A stretch of DNA of 64,000 nucleotides from an uncultured Chloroflexia bacterium (GTDB lineage Bacteria > Chloroflexota > Limnocylindria > Limnocylindrales > CSP1-4). Within the stretch, counting starts at the first letter, position 1; each line of letters starts with the position of its first letter. Positions 53,769 through 63,931 of the stretch are shown here, one piece after another. Under the pieces are notes generated by a model that was not told the origin of the DNA, ran no database searches, and worked only from the letters and a program-made list of their open reading frames with translations. Location of the stretch: positions 1 through 64,000 of the forward strand of contig CAVTHS010000008.1 in assembly GCA_963734535.1 (NCBI GenBank). Direction: 5' to 3'. The position numbers and the translations under genes were made by a program.

Positions 53769-55365
53769 CTACGCGGCCCCGCCGGCCGGAGGCCGAGACG
53801 GTGTGGCACCGTCACGAGCCTCCTGCGGCCATTGGCTGGACTCCAGGGCGCGCGCCCACTGCGAGTAGGTCTGGAAGCGACGGGCCCGAAACTCGACGCC
53901 GGCGGGATCCGGTTCGAGGGTGTGCTGGGTCGGGTTGAGTTGCGCCACGCCGTCTCGGAGGGAGGAGAAATGGCCGGTGGCCGCCCCGGCGACCACGGCA
54001 GCACCGGCGGCGCCGAGCTCCGCGAGCGGTGACACCTCCACGGGACGCGCGGTGACATCCGCGAAGAGCTGGGCCCAGATCCTGCTCCGGCTCGCGCCGC
54101 CGGCCAGGCGCAGCGGGACGACCCGGTCTGTTCCGCGTGACAGACGCTCGACGTGCCGGCGATGCTCGAAGCAGATGCCCTCCACCGTCGCCGCAACAAG
54201 GTCGGTCTCATCGCACCAGGAAGAGAGCCCGACCCAGCCGCCGCGGGCGGTGGGTTCGTCCCGTGCGCCGTCGAGGTACGGCAGGAACATCGGCGTGTCG
54301 ATTCGTGGAGGGCGGCTCGCGACTTGCGCCAGCGCGTACGCGAAGACGTTCTCGCCCACCGCCTCCGCCGCGGCGGCGAGGCCGTGTGTCGCGTTGTGCA
54401 GCACCCATCCGAGCGTCGACGCCGAGGTGGCGGACGCCTCGATCAACATGGCCATCGGCTCGGGGATCGGCCAGGCACGCGGCGTACGGCTCGACGCGGC
54501 CGAGCGGGCCGGCCAGGGTCATCTCGCCCTCCGTCACCAGGAGCTGGTTGATGGACCAGGTGCCGGCACCGACGACGATCCGCGACCCGTCGAGCACGCC
54601 GGCGCCGAGGTGCAGGCCGACATTGTCGACAACGCCCGCGACGACTGGAACGCCCTCCGGCAGGCCGGTCGCCTCGGCAGCCGCCGCGGTGATCACACCG
54701 ACGACGTCGGTGGGCTGCGCGACCTCCGGGAGCAACCCCTCCCACCGGCGGATGCCGTAGGCATCGAGGGCCGCGGCGCTGTACGTCCGGGCGGCGGAGT
54801 CGAAGAGGCCGTTGCAGCTCGCCGTCGTGAGCTCGGCGTGGATCTGCCCGGTCATTCGTGCGCGGAGATAGTCCCCGCACATCAGTGCGGCGCTCGAGCT
54901 CTCGAGCGCCTCGGGCTCGTGCTCGGCGAGCCAGGCGAGGATGGGACCGGGCTGGCCGGGCCAGATCCCGTTCCAGATGGTCGCGCGCAGCTTGTCGGGA
55001 ACGCCGTCGTGCTCCCAGCGGCGAACGATCGCCCTGGCGCGCGTGTCTGATGCCTGGATCGCGGCGTGCGTCGGTGCTCCGGTTGCGTCCACCAGGTACA
55101 GGCCATTCCCGTGCGCCGTCACGCCCACGGCGACGATCCGGTCGGCAGCACTCGGCACCTGGGCGACGACGCGTCGCACGACGCCTGCCGTCGCCTTCCA
55201 CAGCGCCTCCGGGTCGCGCTCGTTGTGGCCGGGAGCGGGATGCGACGCCGGGACGTGGAGACCTTCGACCACCACGAGCCCGCTGTCGAGGTCGAAGGCC
55301 GCGGCCTTGACGTATGAACCCCCGCTGTCGATGCCGATCAGGACGCCGCCGGGCTGGGTGGCCAT
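53769..55365 (-). CDS. FGGY-family carbohydrate kinase (L-xylulokinase-like; frameshift near 54455)
   Basis: IGIDSGGSYVKA, GVTAHGNGLYLVD, GAGTWS, FLPYLDG, AGGASRS..W.Q.FADV. Confidence 0.88.
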
Positions 55366-55527
55366 GCCTCCGCTCAGTCCGCCCCGACGCCGTGGACGAG
55401 CGCGCGAAGCTCGGCGGCCCCCAACGTGATCCCGTCCATAGGGCAGAAGTCTATCCGGCAGTCGGGCTCCAGACCGTCGCCAACGCTGGCTGTGCTCGGG
55501 CTCATCGGGTGCCATTGCGGATGAGCA

Positions 55528-55560
55528 TTGAGCAGATGCTCAAGCTATGAGCAAATGGTT
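55528..55560. promoter_or_regulatory. SorC/DeoR(LsrR)-type operator in the divergent promoter region
   Basis: Palindrome TTGAGCA-GA-TGCTCAA (55528-55543) flanked by further TGAGCA half-sites, in an AT-rich gap; a SorC-family gene lies in the same locus. Confidence 0.65.
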
Positions 55561-55665
55561 GCTCGGTGACGGTGGCGCGAGTAGAGTCGTTCTGCGTCCA
55601 GGGGGAGGTTCGTCTGCTCGTTGGTCGCAGCGCGCGGACGCGAGGCAATCGGGAGCCGCTGTCGC

Positions 55666-57201
55666 GTGGACACCGTCGCAACTGGCAAATCCCCAGTCAT
55701 TGCGCGTCTGCGCGTGTCGGGGATCTCCAAGCACTTCGAGGCCGTGCGTGCGCTCGATGACGTGTCCTTCGACTTCGCACCCGGCGAGATCCACGCGCTC
55801 GTCGGCGAGAACGGTGCCGGTAAGTCGACGCTCGTCGGCGTCATCACTGGCCTCACGGTCCCGGATGCGGGCACCATGGAGATCAACGGAACGGCGGTCC
55901 GCTTCCGGAACCCGATGGAGGCGCGGGCGGGCGGCGTCGCGGCCGTCTACCAGGACCCGAACCTGTTCCCGCACCTGTCTGTCGCGGAGAACATCTTCAC
56001 GGGGCAGTACCCGCGGACCGGCCCGTTCGTGGATCGCAAGGAGATGTCTCGCGCCGCTCGCGCGAAGCTGATCGACCTCGGTTTCGACCTTGACCCGGAC
56101 CAGCTGGTCGCCGGTCTCACCGTGGCGGAGGCGCAGTTCGTCGAGATCGCCCGCGCCGTGGACACCGGGCTCCAGCTCCTGATCCTCGACGAGCCCACCA
56201 GCGCCCTGACGCCCGACGAGTCCGAGAAGCTGTACGCCGTGGTCAAGAATCTCAAGGCGCAGGGCACCACCGTGGTCTGGATCTCGCACCGGATGGAGGA
56301 GGTCCGCTTCCTCGCCGACACGATCACCGTCCTCCGGGATGGGTCGCACGTCCGGACGGCGCCGGCATCCGAGATGGATGACGACACGATGATCAGGCTG
56401 ATGGTCGGGCGCTCCGTGGTCCTCGAGCAGGTTGCCCGCACCGAGCCGCTCGGCGCCGCGCGGCTCGCGGCGCAGCATCTCTCATTGGCGGGCGTCTTCG
56501 AGGACATCAGCCTGGAGGTCGCCGAGGGCGAGATCGTCGGCATCGCGGGCCTCGTGGGCTCCGGCCGCTCCGAGATCGCACAGGCGATCTTCGGCCTCAG
56601 CCCGACGATGACCGGGACCGTCCTCGTCGACGGGGTGCCGGTGGTCCCACGCAGCCCCGCCGCGATGGTGGACCGGGGCGTGGTCTACCTGCCCGAGAAC
56701 CGCGATCTCGAGGGCGTCATCGCCTCGATGACCATCACCTCCAACATCGCGCTGCCCAGCATCCGTCGCCTGAACCGGTTCGGCTTCATGCAGGCGCATC
56801 GCGAGCGCGAGATGGCGACCAGCCAGCGTGCGGCGCTCAGCATCAAGGGGCAGATCGACGATCTGGTGAGCTCTCTCTCCGGCGGAAACCGTCAGAAGGT
56901 GGCCCTCGCGAGGTGGCTGGCGACCAACCCCCGCGTCCTCCTCCTCGACGAGCCGACGCACGGCATCGACGTTGGCACCAAGGCGCAGGTCCACGACATC
57001 ATGCGCGACCTGGCCCGGGCGAAGCGGATGGCCATCCTGATGATCTCGTCGGACCTGCCAGAGGTCCTCGCGGTCTGCGATCGCGTGCTCGTGATCGCCC
57101 GCGGCCGCCTTACCGCCGACATCCCCGCGGCCGAGGCCACCCAGGAGCGGATCCTCGCGGCCGCCACCACGATCTCGGCCGGCAGGGGGTCCGCGGCATG
57201 A
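55666..57201 (+). CDS. Monosaccharide ABC transporter ATP-binding protein (LsrA/RbsA type)
   Basis: GENGAGKST, DEPTSAL, LSGGNRQKV, DEPTHGIDVG. Confidence 0.93.
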   Translation: MDTVATGKSPVIARLRVSGISKHFEAVRALDDVSFDFAPGEIHALVGENGAGKSTLVGVITGLTVPDAGTMEINGTAVRFRNPMEARAGGVAAVYQDPNLFPHLSVAENIFTGQYPRTGPFVDRKEMSRAARAKLIDLGFDLDPDQLVAGLTVAEAQFVEIARAVDTGLQLLILDEPTSALTPDESEKLYAVVKNLKAQGTTVVWISHRMEEVRFLADTITVLRDGSHVRTAPASEMDDDTMIRLMVGRSVVLEQVARTEPLGAARLAAQHLSLAGVFEDISLEVAEGEIVGIAGLVGSGRSEIAQAIFGLSPTMTGTVLVDGVPVVPRSPAAMVDRGVVYLPENRDLEGVIASMTITSNIALPSIRRLNRFGFMQAHREREMATSQRAALSIKGQIDDLVSSLSGGNRQKVALARWLATNPRVLLLDEPTHGIDVGTKAQVHDIMRDLARAKRMAILMISSDLPEVLAVCDRVLVIARGRLTADIPAAEATQERILAAATTISAGRGSAA

Positions 57202-58247
57202 GCGGGACGACGGCGAAGGCTCCCCTCATCCATCGCCTCCGCGAGCGAGCCGGGTTCAGCGGCGGGGCCGCGGCACTCCGAGTCCGGTTCATCGGCGTCA
57301 TCGTGTTCCAGGTGTTGCTTGTGCTCGTGTTCACGGCACTGGCCCCGCGGTTCTTCACATGGGACAACGCGCAGAGCATCCTGTTCACGGCCGCGATCCT
57401 CGCGATTGCCGCGGCGGGCCAGACGCTCGTGGTCCTGACCGGGAACCTCGACCTGTCGGTCGGCTCGATCATGGGCCTGTCCGCGTACGTCGTGTTCGAC
57501 ATCGCGAGCGGCTCGCCGGGACTGCAACCGTTCGTGATCCTGATCGCGATCGTGGTCGGCGTCGTCCTGGGCGCCACGAACGGGTTCCTCGTGGCGGTGC
57601 TGAAGATCCCCTCGATCGTCGCCACGCTGGGCACGCTGTCGATCTATCGCGGCATCGTCTCGTTCTACGCGAACGCCACCGAGGTCACCAGCGGCGAGCT
57701 CCCGCGCTGGATGCGGACCCTCGCGGAGACGAGCTGGCTCGGCCTGTCCTCCTACGTGTGGATCGCGCTGGTGACGATCGTCGTCGTGGGCACGATGCTC
57801 CGCATGCTGCCGTGGGGTCGCCAGATCTATGCGTACGGCTCCAACCCCACGGCCGCCCACTTCTTCGGCCTCAACTCCACGCGGATCGTCATCGGCGCCT
57901 ACGTCGGCGCCGGCGTGATCGCGGCCCTCGTGGGCCTGCTGCTTGGCGCGCGTGTTGGCAACATCAACTCGCTGCTCGCCTCCGGCATCGAGATGTCCGT
58001 CCTCGCCGCGGTGGTCATCGGCGGTGTGAGCATCTGGGGTGGCGCGGGCTCGGTCTACGGCGCCGCGATCGGAGCCATCGTTCTCGCGACGATCAACAAC
58101 GGCCTAGTGATCCTGCAGGTCCAGGAGTTCTACAGGCTCCTGCTCCAGGGCCTGGCCATCGTCGCCGCCGTGGCCGTGGACGCGGTCGTCCAGAGGCGCA
58201 TCCAGAGCGCCACCAAGCGCCGCCGGACCATGGGGGCGGACGCGTGA
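57198..58247 (+). CDS. Monosaccharide ABC permease (LsrC/RbsC type)
   Basis: LDLSVGS, IPSIVATLG, AAVVIGGVSIWGG.G; ATGA overlap. Confidence 0.9.
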   Translation: MSGTTAKAPLIHRLRERAGFSGGAAALRVRFIGVIVFQVLLVLVFTALAPRFFTWDNAQSILFTAAILAIAAAGQTLVVLTGNLDLSVGSIMGLSAYVVFDIASGSPGLQPFVILIAIVVGVVLGATNGFLVAVLKIPSIVATLGTLSIYRGIVSFYANATEVTSGELPRWMRTLAETSWLGLSSYVWIALVTIVVVGTMLRMLPWGRQIYAYGSNPTAAHFFGLNSTRIVIGAYVGAGVIAALVGLLLGARVGNINSLLASGIEMSVLAAVVIGGVSIWGGAGSVYGAAIGAIVLATINNGLVILQVQEFYRLLLQGLAIVAAVAVDAVVQRRIQSATKRRRTMGADA

Positions 58248-59230
58248 CGCGGCTGCGGCACTACTCCTCGGAGCTGCTGCTGGCCGTCCTGATCGTGCTC
58301 GCGGTGATCGCGTCGAGCGCGATGTCCCCGTATTTCCTGGACCCGGCGAACCTCCTCAACGCCGCCCAGTTCTTCGTGATCTTCGCGCTGATGGCGTTCG
58401 GCCTGTTCCCGATCGTGGTCCAGGGCGAGATCGACATCTCGCTCGCGAGCACCCTCGCCATTGGCAGCGTGCTGTTCGCCACCCTCGCGGTCTCGGGCGT
58501 TCCGCTTGTCGCCGCGGTGGCACTCGTGGTCCTCGGGACCGCCCTCCTCGGCGTGGTCAACGGTGTCCTCGTCGGTTACGGCGGCCTGCCGTCGCTTGCG
58601 GTCACGCTGGGCACGCTCGGCGCCTACCGCGGGCTGGCCTACCTTCTCGCGGGCGATGCCGGCGTCGTCGGGATCCCGGAGGAGTACCTCCTCTTCGGCA
58701 CCACCAAGGTGGGCCCGGTGCCCGTCTCGCTGCTCCTCGTGCTCGCCGTCGCGGCCGTGTTCACGGTCCTGATGGGCGCGACGTCCTTCGGCCGCTACAG
58801 CTACGCGATCGGGAGCAGCCCCGCGGCGGCCCGCATGGCCGCCGTGCCCGTCAATCGCGTCCGCGTGCTGGCGTACGCCCTTGGCGGGGCGATGGCGGGG
58901 CTCGCGGGTATCGTCTGGGTGAGCCAGTACCAGTCCGCCCGCGGCGATAACGCGGACGGCGCAATCCTGTTCGTGCTCACCGCCGTCGTCCTGGGCGGCA
59001 TCTCCATCAAGGGCGGCAGCGGCCGCGCGCTCGGGGTGCTGCTCGCGACCATCCTGTTGGGCACGATCCAGACGGGCATGAAGCTCGCGAACGTGCCGGG
59101 GACCAGCCAGACCCTCGTGGTCGGAGCGCTCCTCATCGGCGCGGTGGGCCTCCCGCGTGTCGTCTCCCTGCTCCGCCAGCGCTTCGGCGCGCCTCTTCCG
59201 TCCCGAGCCCAAGGAGGTGGCCAGGCGTAG
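58244..59230 (+). CDS. Monosaccharide ABC permease (LsrD type)
   Basis: GEIDISL, PSLAVTLGT, AVVLGGISI.GGSG; GTGA overlap. Confidence 0.9.
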   Translation: MTRLRHYSSELLLAVLIVLAVIASSAMSPYFLDPANLLNAAQFFVIFALMAFGLFPIVVQGEIDISLASTLAIGSVLFATLAVSGVPLVAAVALVVLGTALLGVVNGVLVGYGGLPSLAVTLGTLGAYRGLAYLLAGDAGVVGIPEEYLLFGTTKVGPVPVSLLLVLAVAAVFTVLMGATSFGRYSYAIGSSPAAARMAAVPVNRVRVLAYALGGAMAGLAGIVWVSQYQSARGDNADGAILFVLTAVVLGGISIKGGSGRALGVLLATILLGTIQTGMKLANVPGTSQTLVVGALLIGAVGLPRVVSLLRQRFGAPLPSRAQGGGQA

Positions 59231-59334
59231 GTTCCAAGCGATCGAGTCCCGCTGCGTCTCGCGCCAACACCCCCGATGCCGATGCGGCCGGGGGACCGGC
59301 AACCGTCGGCAACTCTCGAGAGGAGACCATCAAC

Positions 59335-60402
59335 GTGAAAACAACTCGCGGCCTTGCCGCGCTCCTGGGGACAGCCGTGATCCTGTCCGCCTGTGGCTCG
59401 TCTGCCACGCCCGCCGCCAGCCAGGCTCCGGCCGCGTCTGCCGGCGCTTCCGCTGCCGCCTCGGCGTCGGCCGCGGCGTCTGGCATGAAGATCTTCATGG
59501 TTCCGAAGTTCACGGGCCTCGCCTACTTCGAGGTCGCCCGCGTCGGCGGCGAAAAGGCGGGCAAGGAGCTCGGGATCGACTTCCAGTACATCGGCTCGGA
59601 CAAGGCCGAGGCCACGGAAGAGATCGCCACGCTGACCAACGCGATCCCGCAGAAGCCGGCCGCGCTCGTCGTGAGCGCGATCGACGGCGACGCCGTTGCC
59701 CCGGCCCTCAAGCAGGCCCGCGCGGCCGGCATCAAGGTCGTGACGTACGACGCCGACGCCGCGGTCGACGCGCGTGACCTGTTCGTCAACCAGCTCTCCT
59801 ACGAGCTTGCCGCGAAGTCGATGCTCGACGCCGCGCTGCTCAACTCGCCCGAAGGCGGTCTCGTCGCGTTCATCTCCGCGTCGCCGACGGCGCCGAACCA
59901 CACGGCGCACGTCAAGTTCATGAAGCAGTTCATCGACACGGACCCGGCGTACTCCAAGCTCAAGTACGTGGATACCGTGCAGTTCGCGGGCGACGACGCG
60001 GCCAAGAGCCAGGAGATTGCCCTCAACCTGATGCAGGCCAACCCGGACCTGAAGGTCATCATCTCGTCGTCCGCCGTGTCCGCGCCCGCGGCCGAGCAGG
60101 CGATCATCAACGCCGGCAAGGGCGGCAAGGTCTTCGCCACGGGCGTCGCGCTGCCGAGCTCCGTCAAGGACTTCCTCAAGTCCGGGAATTCGAAGGCGTT
60201 CATGATCTGGGACCCGGCCGAGCTCGGCTACATCGCCACGATCGCGGCCTATCAGCTCGCCACGGGCAAGATCACCTCCGCTGAAGGCACCGTGATCGAC
60301 GCCGGCGCTGCCGGGAAGTACACGGTGCTCAAGGACGGCGAGGTCCAGTACAACAAGCCGCTCCTCCTCACGCCCGAGAACATCGACCAGTACAACTTCT
60401 AG
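59335..60402 (+). CDS. Sugar-binding lipoprotein, LsrB/RhaS-like
   Basis: Lipobox LSAC; VPKFTGLAYF, GKELG, VVTYDADA...RDLFVNQ, WDPAELGY. Confidence 0.88.
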   Translation: MKTTRGLAALLGTAVILSACGSSATPAASQAPAASAGASAAASASAAASGMKIFMVPKFTGLAYFEVARVGGEKAGKELGIDFQYIGSDKAEATEEIATLTNAIPQKPAALVVSAIDGDAVAPALKQARAAGIKVVTYDADAAVDARDLFVNQLSYELAAKSMLDAALLNSPEGGLVAFISASPTAPNHTAHVKFMKQFIDTDPAYSKLKYVDTVQFAGDDAAKSQEIALNLMQANPDLKVIISSSAVSAPAAEQAIINAGKGGKVFATGVALPSSVKDFLKSGNSKAFMIWDPAELGYIATIAAYQLATGKITSAEGTVIDAGAAGKYTVLKDGEVQYNKPLLLTPENIDQYNF

Positions 60403-60413
60403 CTCCTCCTCCT

Positions 60414-60444
60414 GGCTCCCGGGCGGCTCCGCCGCCCGGGAGCC
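60414..60444 (+). terminator. Stem-loop after SBP gene
   Basis: ggctcccgggcggc-tcc-gccgcccgggagcc, a 14-bp perfect stem. Confidence 0.55.
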
Positions 60445-60504
60445 GTCCTACCCTGATCACCACCCAGCCTCATGCAGCCCCTGCGGAGCTAGGAATTGGG
60501 CTCG

Positions 60505-61470
60505 ATGACCGACATCACGCGGTCCCACCCGGCGCGCCCTGACGCCGACCGTCACGGCATCGTGGTCCGAGCGGCGTGGCTCTACTACAAGGACGCGCTG
60601 ACCCAGGCGGAGATCGCCGATCGGCTCTTTGTCTCGCGGGCGACGGTTGGACGTCTGCTCGAGGAGGCTCGCGCGGAGGGGATCGTCCGGATCGAGATCA
60701 GCGCCGACCACCTCGCGGCCTTCCAGCTCAGCGAGGACCTCCGAGCCCAGTACGGACTGGCCGACGCGGTCGTCGTCCCGCGGATCAGCGGCGACGCCAC
60801 CCGCGAGCGCGCCAACGGGCGTGTGGCGAGCGCGGCCGCCGAGTATGTCAAGCGCTTCCTGCGCCCCGGCGCCGTCATCGGCATCGCCTGGGGTGACACC
60901 GTGGCGCGGGTCCTGTTCGCGCTGAGCCGGGACTCGCTCGAAGGGGTGACGTTCGTCGCGATCGCGGGAGGGATCGACACCTACACCCGTGACGTGTACG
61001 CGCGCAACACGAACGGCGTCAACGAGCATCTCCGCATCATCCCGGCGCCGCTGCTGGCCTCTTCGCCCAAGATCGCCGCCGCATTGCGCCAGGACGAATC
61101 CGTGACGAGCGCGGTCCGGCTCGCCGAGACCGCGGTGGCGACGCTGACCGGCATCGGATCGAGCGGGCCGAATGCCAGCGCGGTCAGGTCCGGCCTGATC
61201 ACCGAAGACCAGGCGCACGCGTTCCGCACCCTGGGCGTCGTCGGCGACATGGTCGGGGAATGGTTCGACGGGCAGGGCCGGCTTGTCCGCAAGGCCACCT
61301 CCGACCGGAAGATCGGCATGGGTATCGAGCATCTCCGGCAGCTGCCGAGCGTCATCGGCGTGGCCAGCGGCGTCGAGAAGGTCGAGGCCATTCGGGGCGC
61401 CATCAGCGGCGGCTACCTGCGCGTGTTGATCACCGACGAGAGCACGGCCGAGGCGCTCCTGGCACGCTGA
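60505..61470 (+). CDS. SorC/DeoR-family sugar-binding regulator (LsrR-like)
   Basis: AAWLYYKDALTQAEIA..L.VSR..V.RLL..AR..GIV; IAWGDT; LITDE. Confidence 0.92.
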   Translation: MTDITRSHPARPDADRHGIVVRAAWLYYKDALTQAEIADRLFVSRATVGRLLEEARAEGIVRIEISADHLAAFQLSEDLRAQYGLADAVVVPRISGDATRERANGRVASAAAEYVKRFLRPGAVIGIAWGDTVARVLFALSRDSLEGVTFVAIAGGIDTYTRDVYARNTNGVNEHLRIIPAPLLASSPKIAAALRQDESVTSAVRLAETAVATLTGIGSSGPNASAVRSGLITEDQAHAFRTLGVVGDMVGEWFDGQGRLVRKATSDRKIGMGIEHLRQLPSVIGVASGVEKVEAIRGAISGGYLRVLITDESTAEALLAR

Positions 61471-61611
61471 ATGCAGGACGGACCCCGGCAGCGGCGGACG
61501 AGTGGCAGCCGCATCGACATGTGGGGGATCGCGCCCGCGCGAACCTCACCCAGACCTTGATCGCCCGCCAACGCTGCGGGATCGCACACACCCGGAGGCG
61601 ACGACATCACC

Positions 61612-62439
61612 ATGCAGCACACTACGGCTGGCGCGGTCCGACGTCTCGGCAATGTCTTCGACGAGACCGGCCACTCTGTCGTGGTCGCGATGGACCACGG
61701 CTTCATGGGCCGTCCCCTGGGGTTCGAGGACCCTCGAGCCTTGATCAAGGCAGTTGTCGGCGCGAACCCCGATGGCCTGATCCTCACTGCCGGGATGACC
61801 CGGCACGCCGCCGACCTCCTCACCGGGCGGAACGCACCGGGGATCGTCCTGGCGATGGACCAGCTCATCCATGAGAAGGAGAACAGCACGGGCTTCACCG
61901 AGGCCCACCGGCCGCTGGTCTCGGTGGATGAGGCACTGTGCCTGGGCGTGGATGTCGCGAAGATGATGCTCGTCATGGGCCTCGAGAGCCGGGTGGCACA
62001 GGCGGAGAACATCGCCTACCTCGCCTCGATGGCGGAGCAATGCCGCCGTTACGAGATCCCCGTCATGATCGAGCCCTACCTCCACGGCCCCAAGGTTCCG
62101 ACCGATCCCGAGGCCAGGGCGGCGTGCCTCGCCGACGGTGCCCGCATCGCGCTCGAGGTTGGCGCCGACATCCTCAAGCTCGAGTACACCGGCGACAAGG
62201 AGTCGTTCCGACGGATCGTCGACGCGTCGCCGGTGCCCGTGTTCGTCCTGGGCGGGCCCAAGCGCCCGACCCGGCGCGAGACCCTGGCCGCTGTCGTCGA
62301 CGCGTCCGAGTGCGGAGCGGTGGGCCTCACCATCGGCCGCAACGTGTGGCAGCATCCCGACCCCGTCCGGATGACGGCCGCCCTGCGCATCGCGCTCGTG
62401 GAGCGCGACCTCGAGCGGGCCCTGGCCGTGTTCGAATGA
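61612..62439 (+). CDS. Class I aldolase, DhnA/LsrF family
   Basis: VAMDHG, GADILKLEY (Schiff-base Lys), LGGPK, IGRNVWQ. Confidence 0.88.
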   Translation: MQHTTAGAVRRLGNVFDETGHSVVVAMDHGFMGRPLGFEDPRALIKAVVGANPDGLILTAGMTRHAADLLTGRNAPGIVLAMDQLIHEKENSTGFTEAHRPLVSVDEALCLGVDVAKMMLVMGLESRVAQAENIAYLASMAEQCRRYEIPVMIEPYLHGPKVPTDPEARAACLADGARIALEVGADILKLEYTGDKESFRRIVDASPVPVFVLGGPKRPTRRETLAAVVDASECGAVGLTIGRNVWQHPDPVRMTAALRIALVERDLERALAVFE

Positions 62440-62498
62440 GTGGGCCAGGAGCCGGGACCATGCGGGCGTGCGTCCTGCACTGGACCGGCCAGGAGTAG
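62436..62498 (+). pseudogene. N-terminal stub resembling a zinc-dependent alcohol dehydrogenase
   Basis: ATGA-coupled to the aldolase; MSGPGAGTMRACVLH resembles the MDR start MRAxVL(H), followed by a stop. Confidence 0.4.
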
Positions 62499-62548
62499 GC
62501 GGCCGTCGCCGCGTCCCGACGCCGGTGCCGCGAGCCCGCGCACGTCGA

Positions 62549-63931
62549 TCAGCGGGCGTCCGTCGTCCGGTGCCGGGCCGCGATCCAGGCCGCGTCCGCC
62601 GCAAGCTCACCGTGGGCCGGCCCGAAAGCCCAGAACGCCTCGAGGTCCGGGTGGCCGGCCGCGGCCCAGCGGGCGAACCTGCCGGCCGCCTCGGCGACCA
62701 GCGCGACCACGGCCGCGCGCTCGGCGGAGGCGGGTGCGTCGGCCCAGAGCGCGGCGAGGATGGCGGGCACGTCCGCGGCGGCCGCCGGACCCTTCGTCAG
62801 GCGCGCCAGCGCGGCCGCCGCCCCGAACGCATACCGCTCGGGCGTCACGCCCATCGCCAGGGCGACCCGCATGGTGCCGATCAGCCGGTCGCTCCAGGCG
62901 AGCTTGCGGGCCGGGTCCCGGCCGACCCGCTCGATCGTGTCCCCCAGGTTCGGATTCACCATCCGCACCAGCAGGTCGTCGGCGTAGGCTGAGTATCCGG
63001 CGGGCGTGAAGAGCGGGTCGACTCCGGCGTGCTTCGCCACCAGGGCACTGCCGGACTCCCCGATGAATGCCGCGCGCAGGAACGCCATCACGCCCGGCAC
63101 CGACGCAAGGTCGGCGATGGTCCGGGCACCGATAGCGAACCCGAGATAGGCCGCCAGCGCATGCGTCGCGTTGTGGCCGTAGAGCTTCGCCTCCTCGAAC
63201 GGCAGGAGGTCGGGCCGCTCCACGAAGACGGCGATGCCCCGCTGGAAGGGCGGCTGGCCGGGGGTCTCCCCGAAGCGGACCTGCGAGACCAGGATCCGAT
63301 TGAACTCCTCGACGAGGAACCCGCGCGGAGCGCCAGGCACCATCATCGCCAGTTGCCCGCCTGCCGGGGCATCGCCGTCCGCGACGACGCCGCTCATCTT
63401 CCCGATCACGGTGTTCAGGAAGCGCACCCGCGCGCCGGCGGCCGCCCGCTCGCCCGCCGGCAGCTCGCCCATCACCGCCGCCTCGAGGATCTCGGCCGCG
63501 TGGTTGTGATTCTCCGCGGCGTAGACGACCGCCCGCGGGCCACCCCCGGCGGCCTTGCGCCGCAGGCCCGCCGCCAGGACCGCGCACACGCTGGCCGCGC
63601 CAGCGTCGCCGTAGTTGGCGACGCCCGGCACGGCCGTGCCGACCTCCTGTGCCACGGCGATCGCGTCGACCAGGCGCTCTCGGTCCGCCGGGTCGGCCGG
63701 GTCCAGGATCTCGACCGGGCCGACCTCCGCGCGCTCGATCCGGTCGGCGTGCGCGATGTTCACGGCGTAGCGTCCGCCCGCGGCGCGAACCGCCCGGACC
63801 GTGTCCGGCGCGACCTCCGCCACCACCAACCGCCCAAACGCGCCCGACTGGTGGGCCTCGGCGAGGAACAGGCCCGCCTGGATGGCTCCGAAGCCGAACC
63901 CGACGTAGGTGCGCGGTCGTGCCGTATTCAC
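62549..63931 (-). CDS. Mannitol-1-phosphate/polyol-specific long-chain dehydrogenase (MtlD-like)
   Basis: GFGFGAIQAGL, AAENH, NTVIGKM, KLYGHNATHA, RMVNP.L.D.I.RVGRDP.RKL...DRL. Confidence 0.8.
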   Translation of the reverse strand: MNTARPRTYVGFGFGAIQAGLFLAEAHQSGAFGRLVVAEVAPDTVRAVRAAGGRYAVNIAHADRIERAEVGPVEILDPADPADRERLVDAIAVAQEVGTAVPGVANYGDAGAASVCAVLAAGLRRKAAGGGPRAVVYAAENHNHAAEILEAAVMGELPAGERAAAGARVRFLNTVIGKMSGVVADGDAPAGGQLAMMVPGAPRGFLVEEFNRILVSQVRFGETPGQPPFQRGIAVFVERPDLLPFEEAKLYGHNATHALAAYLGFAIGARTIADLASVPGVMAFLRAAFIGESGSALVAKHAGVDPLFTPAGYSAYADDLLVRMVNPNLGDTIERVGRDPARKLAWSDRLIGTMRVALAMGVTPERYAFGAAAALARLTKGPAAAADVPAILAALWADAPASAERAAVVALVAEAAGRFARWAAAGHPDLEAFWAFGPAHGELAADAAWIAARHRTTDAR

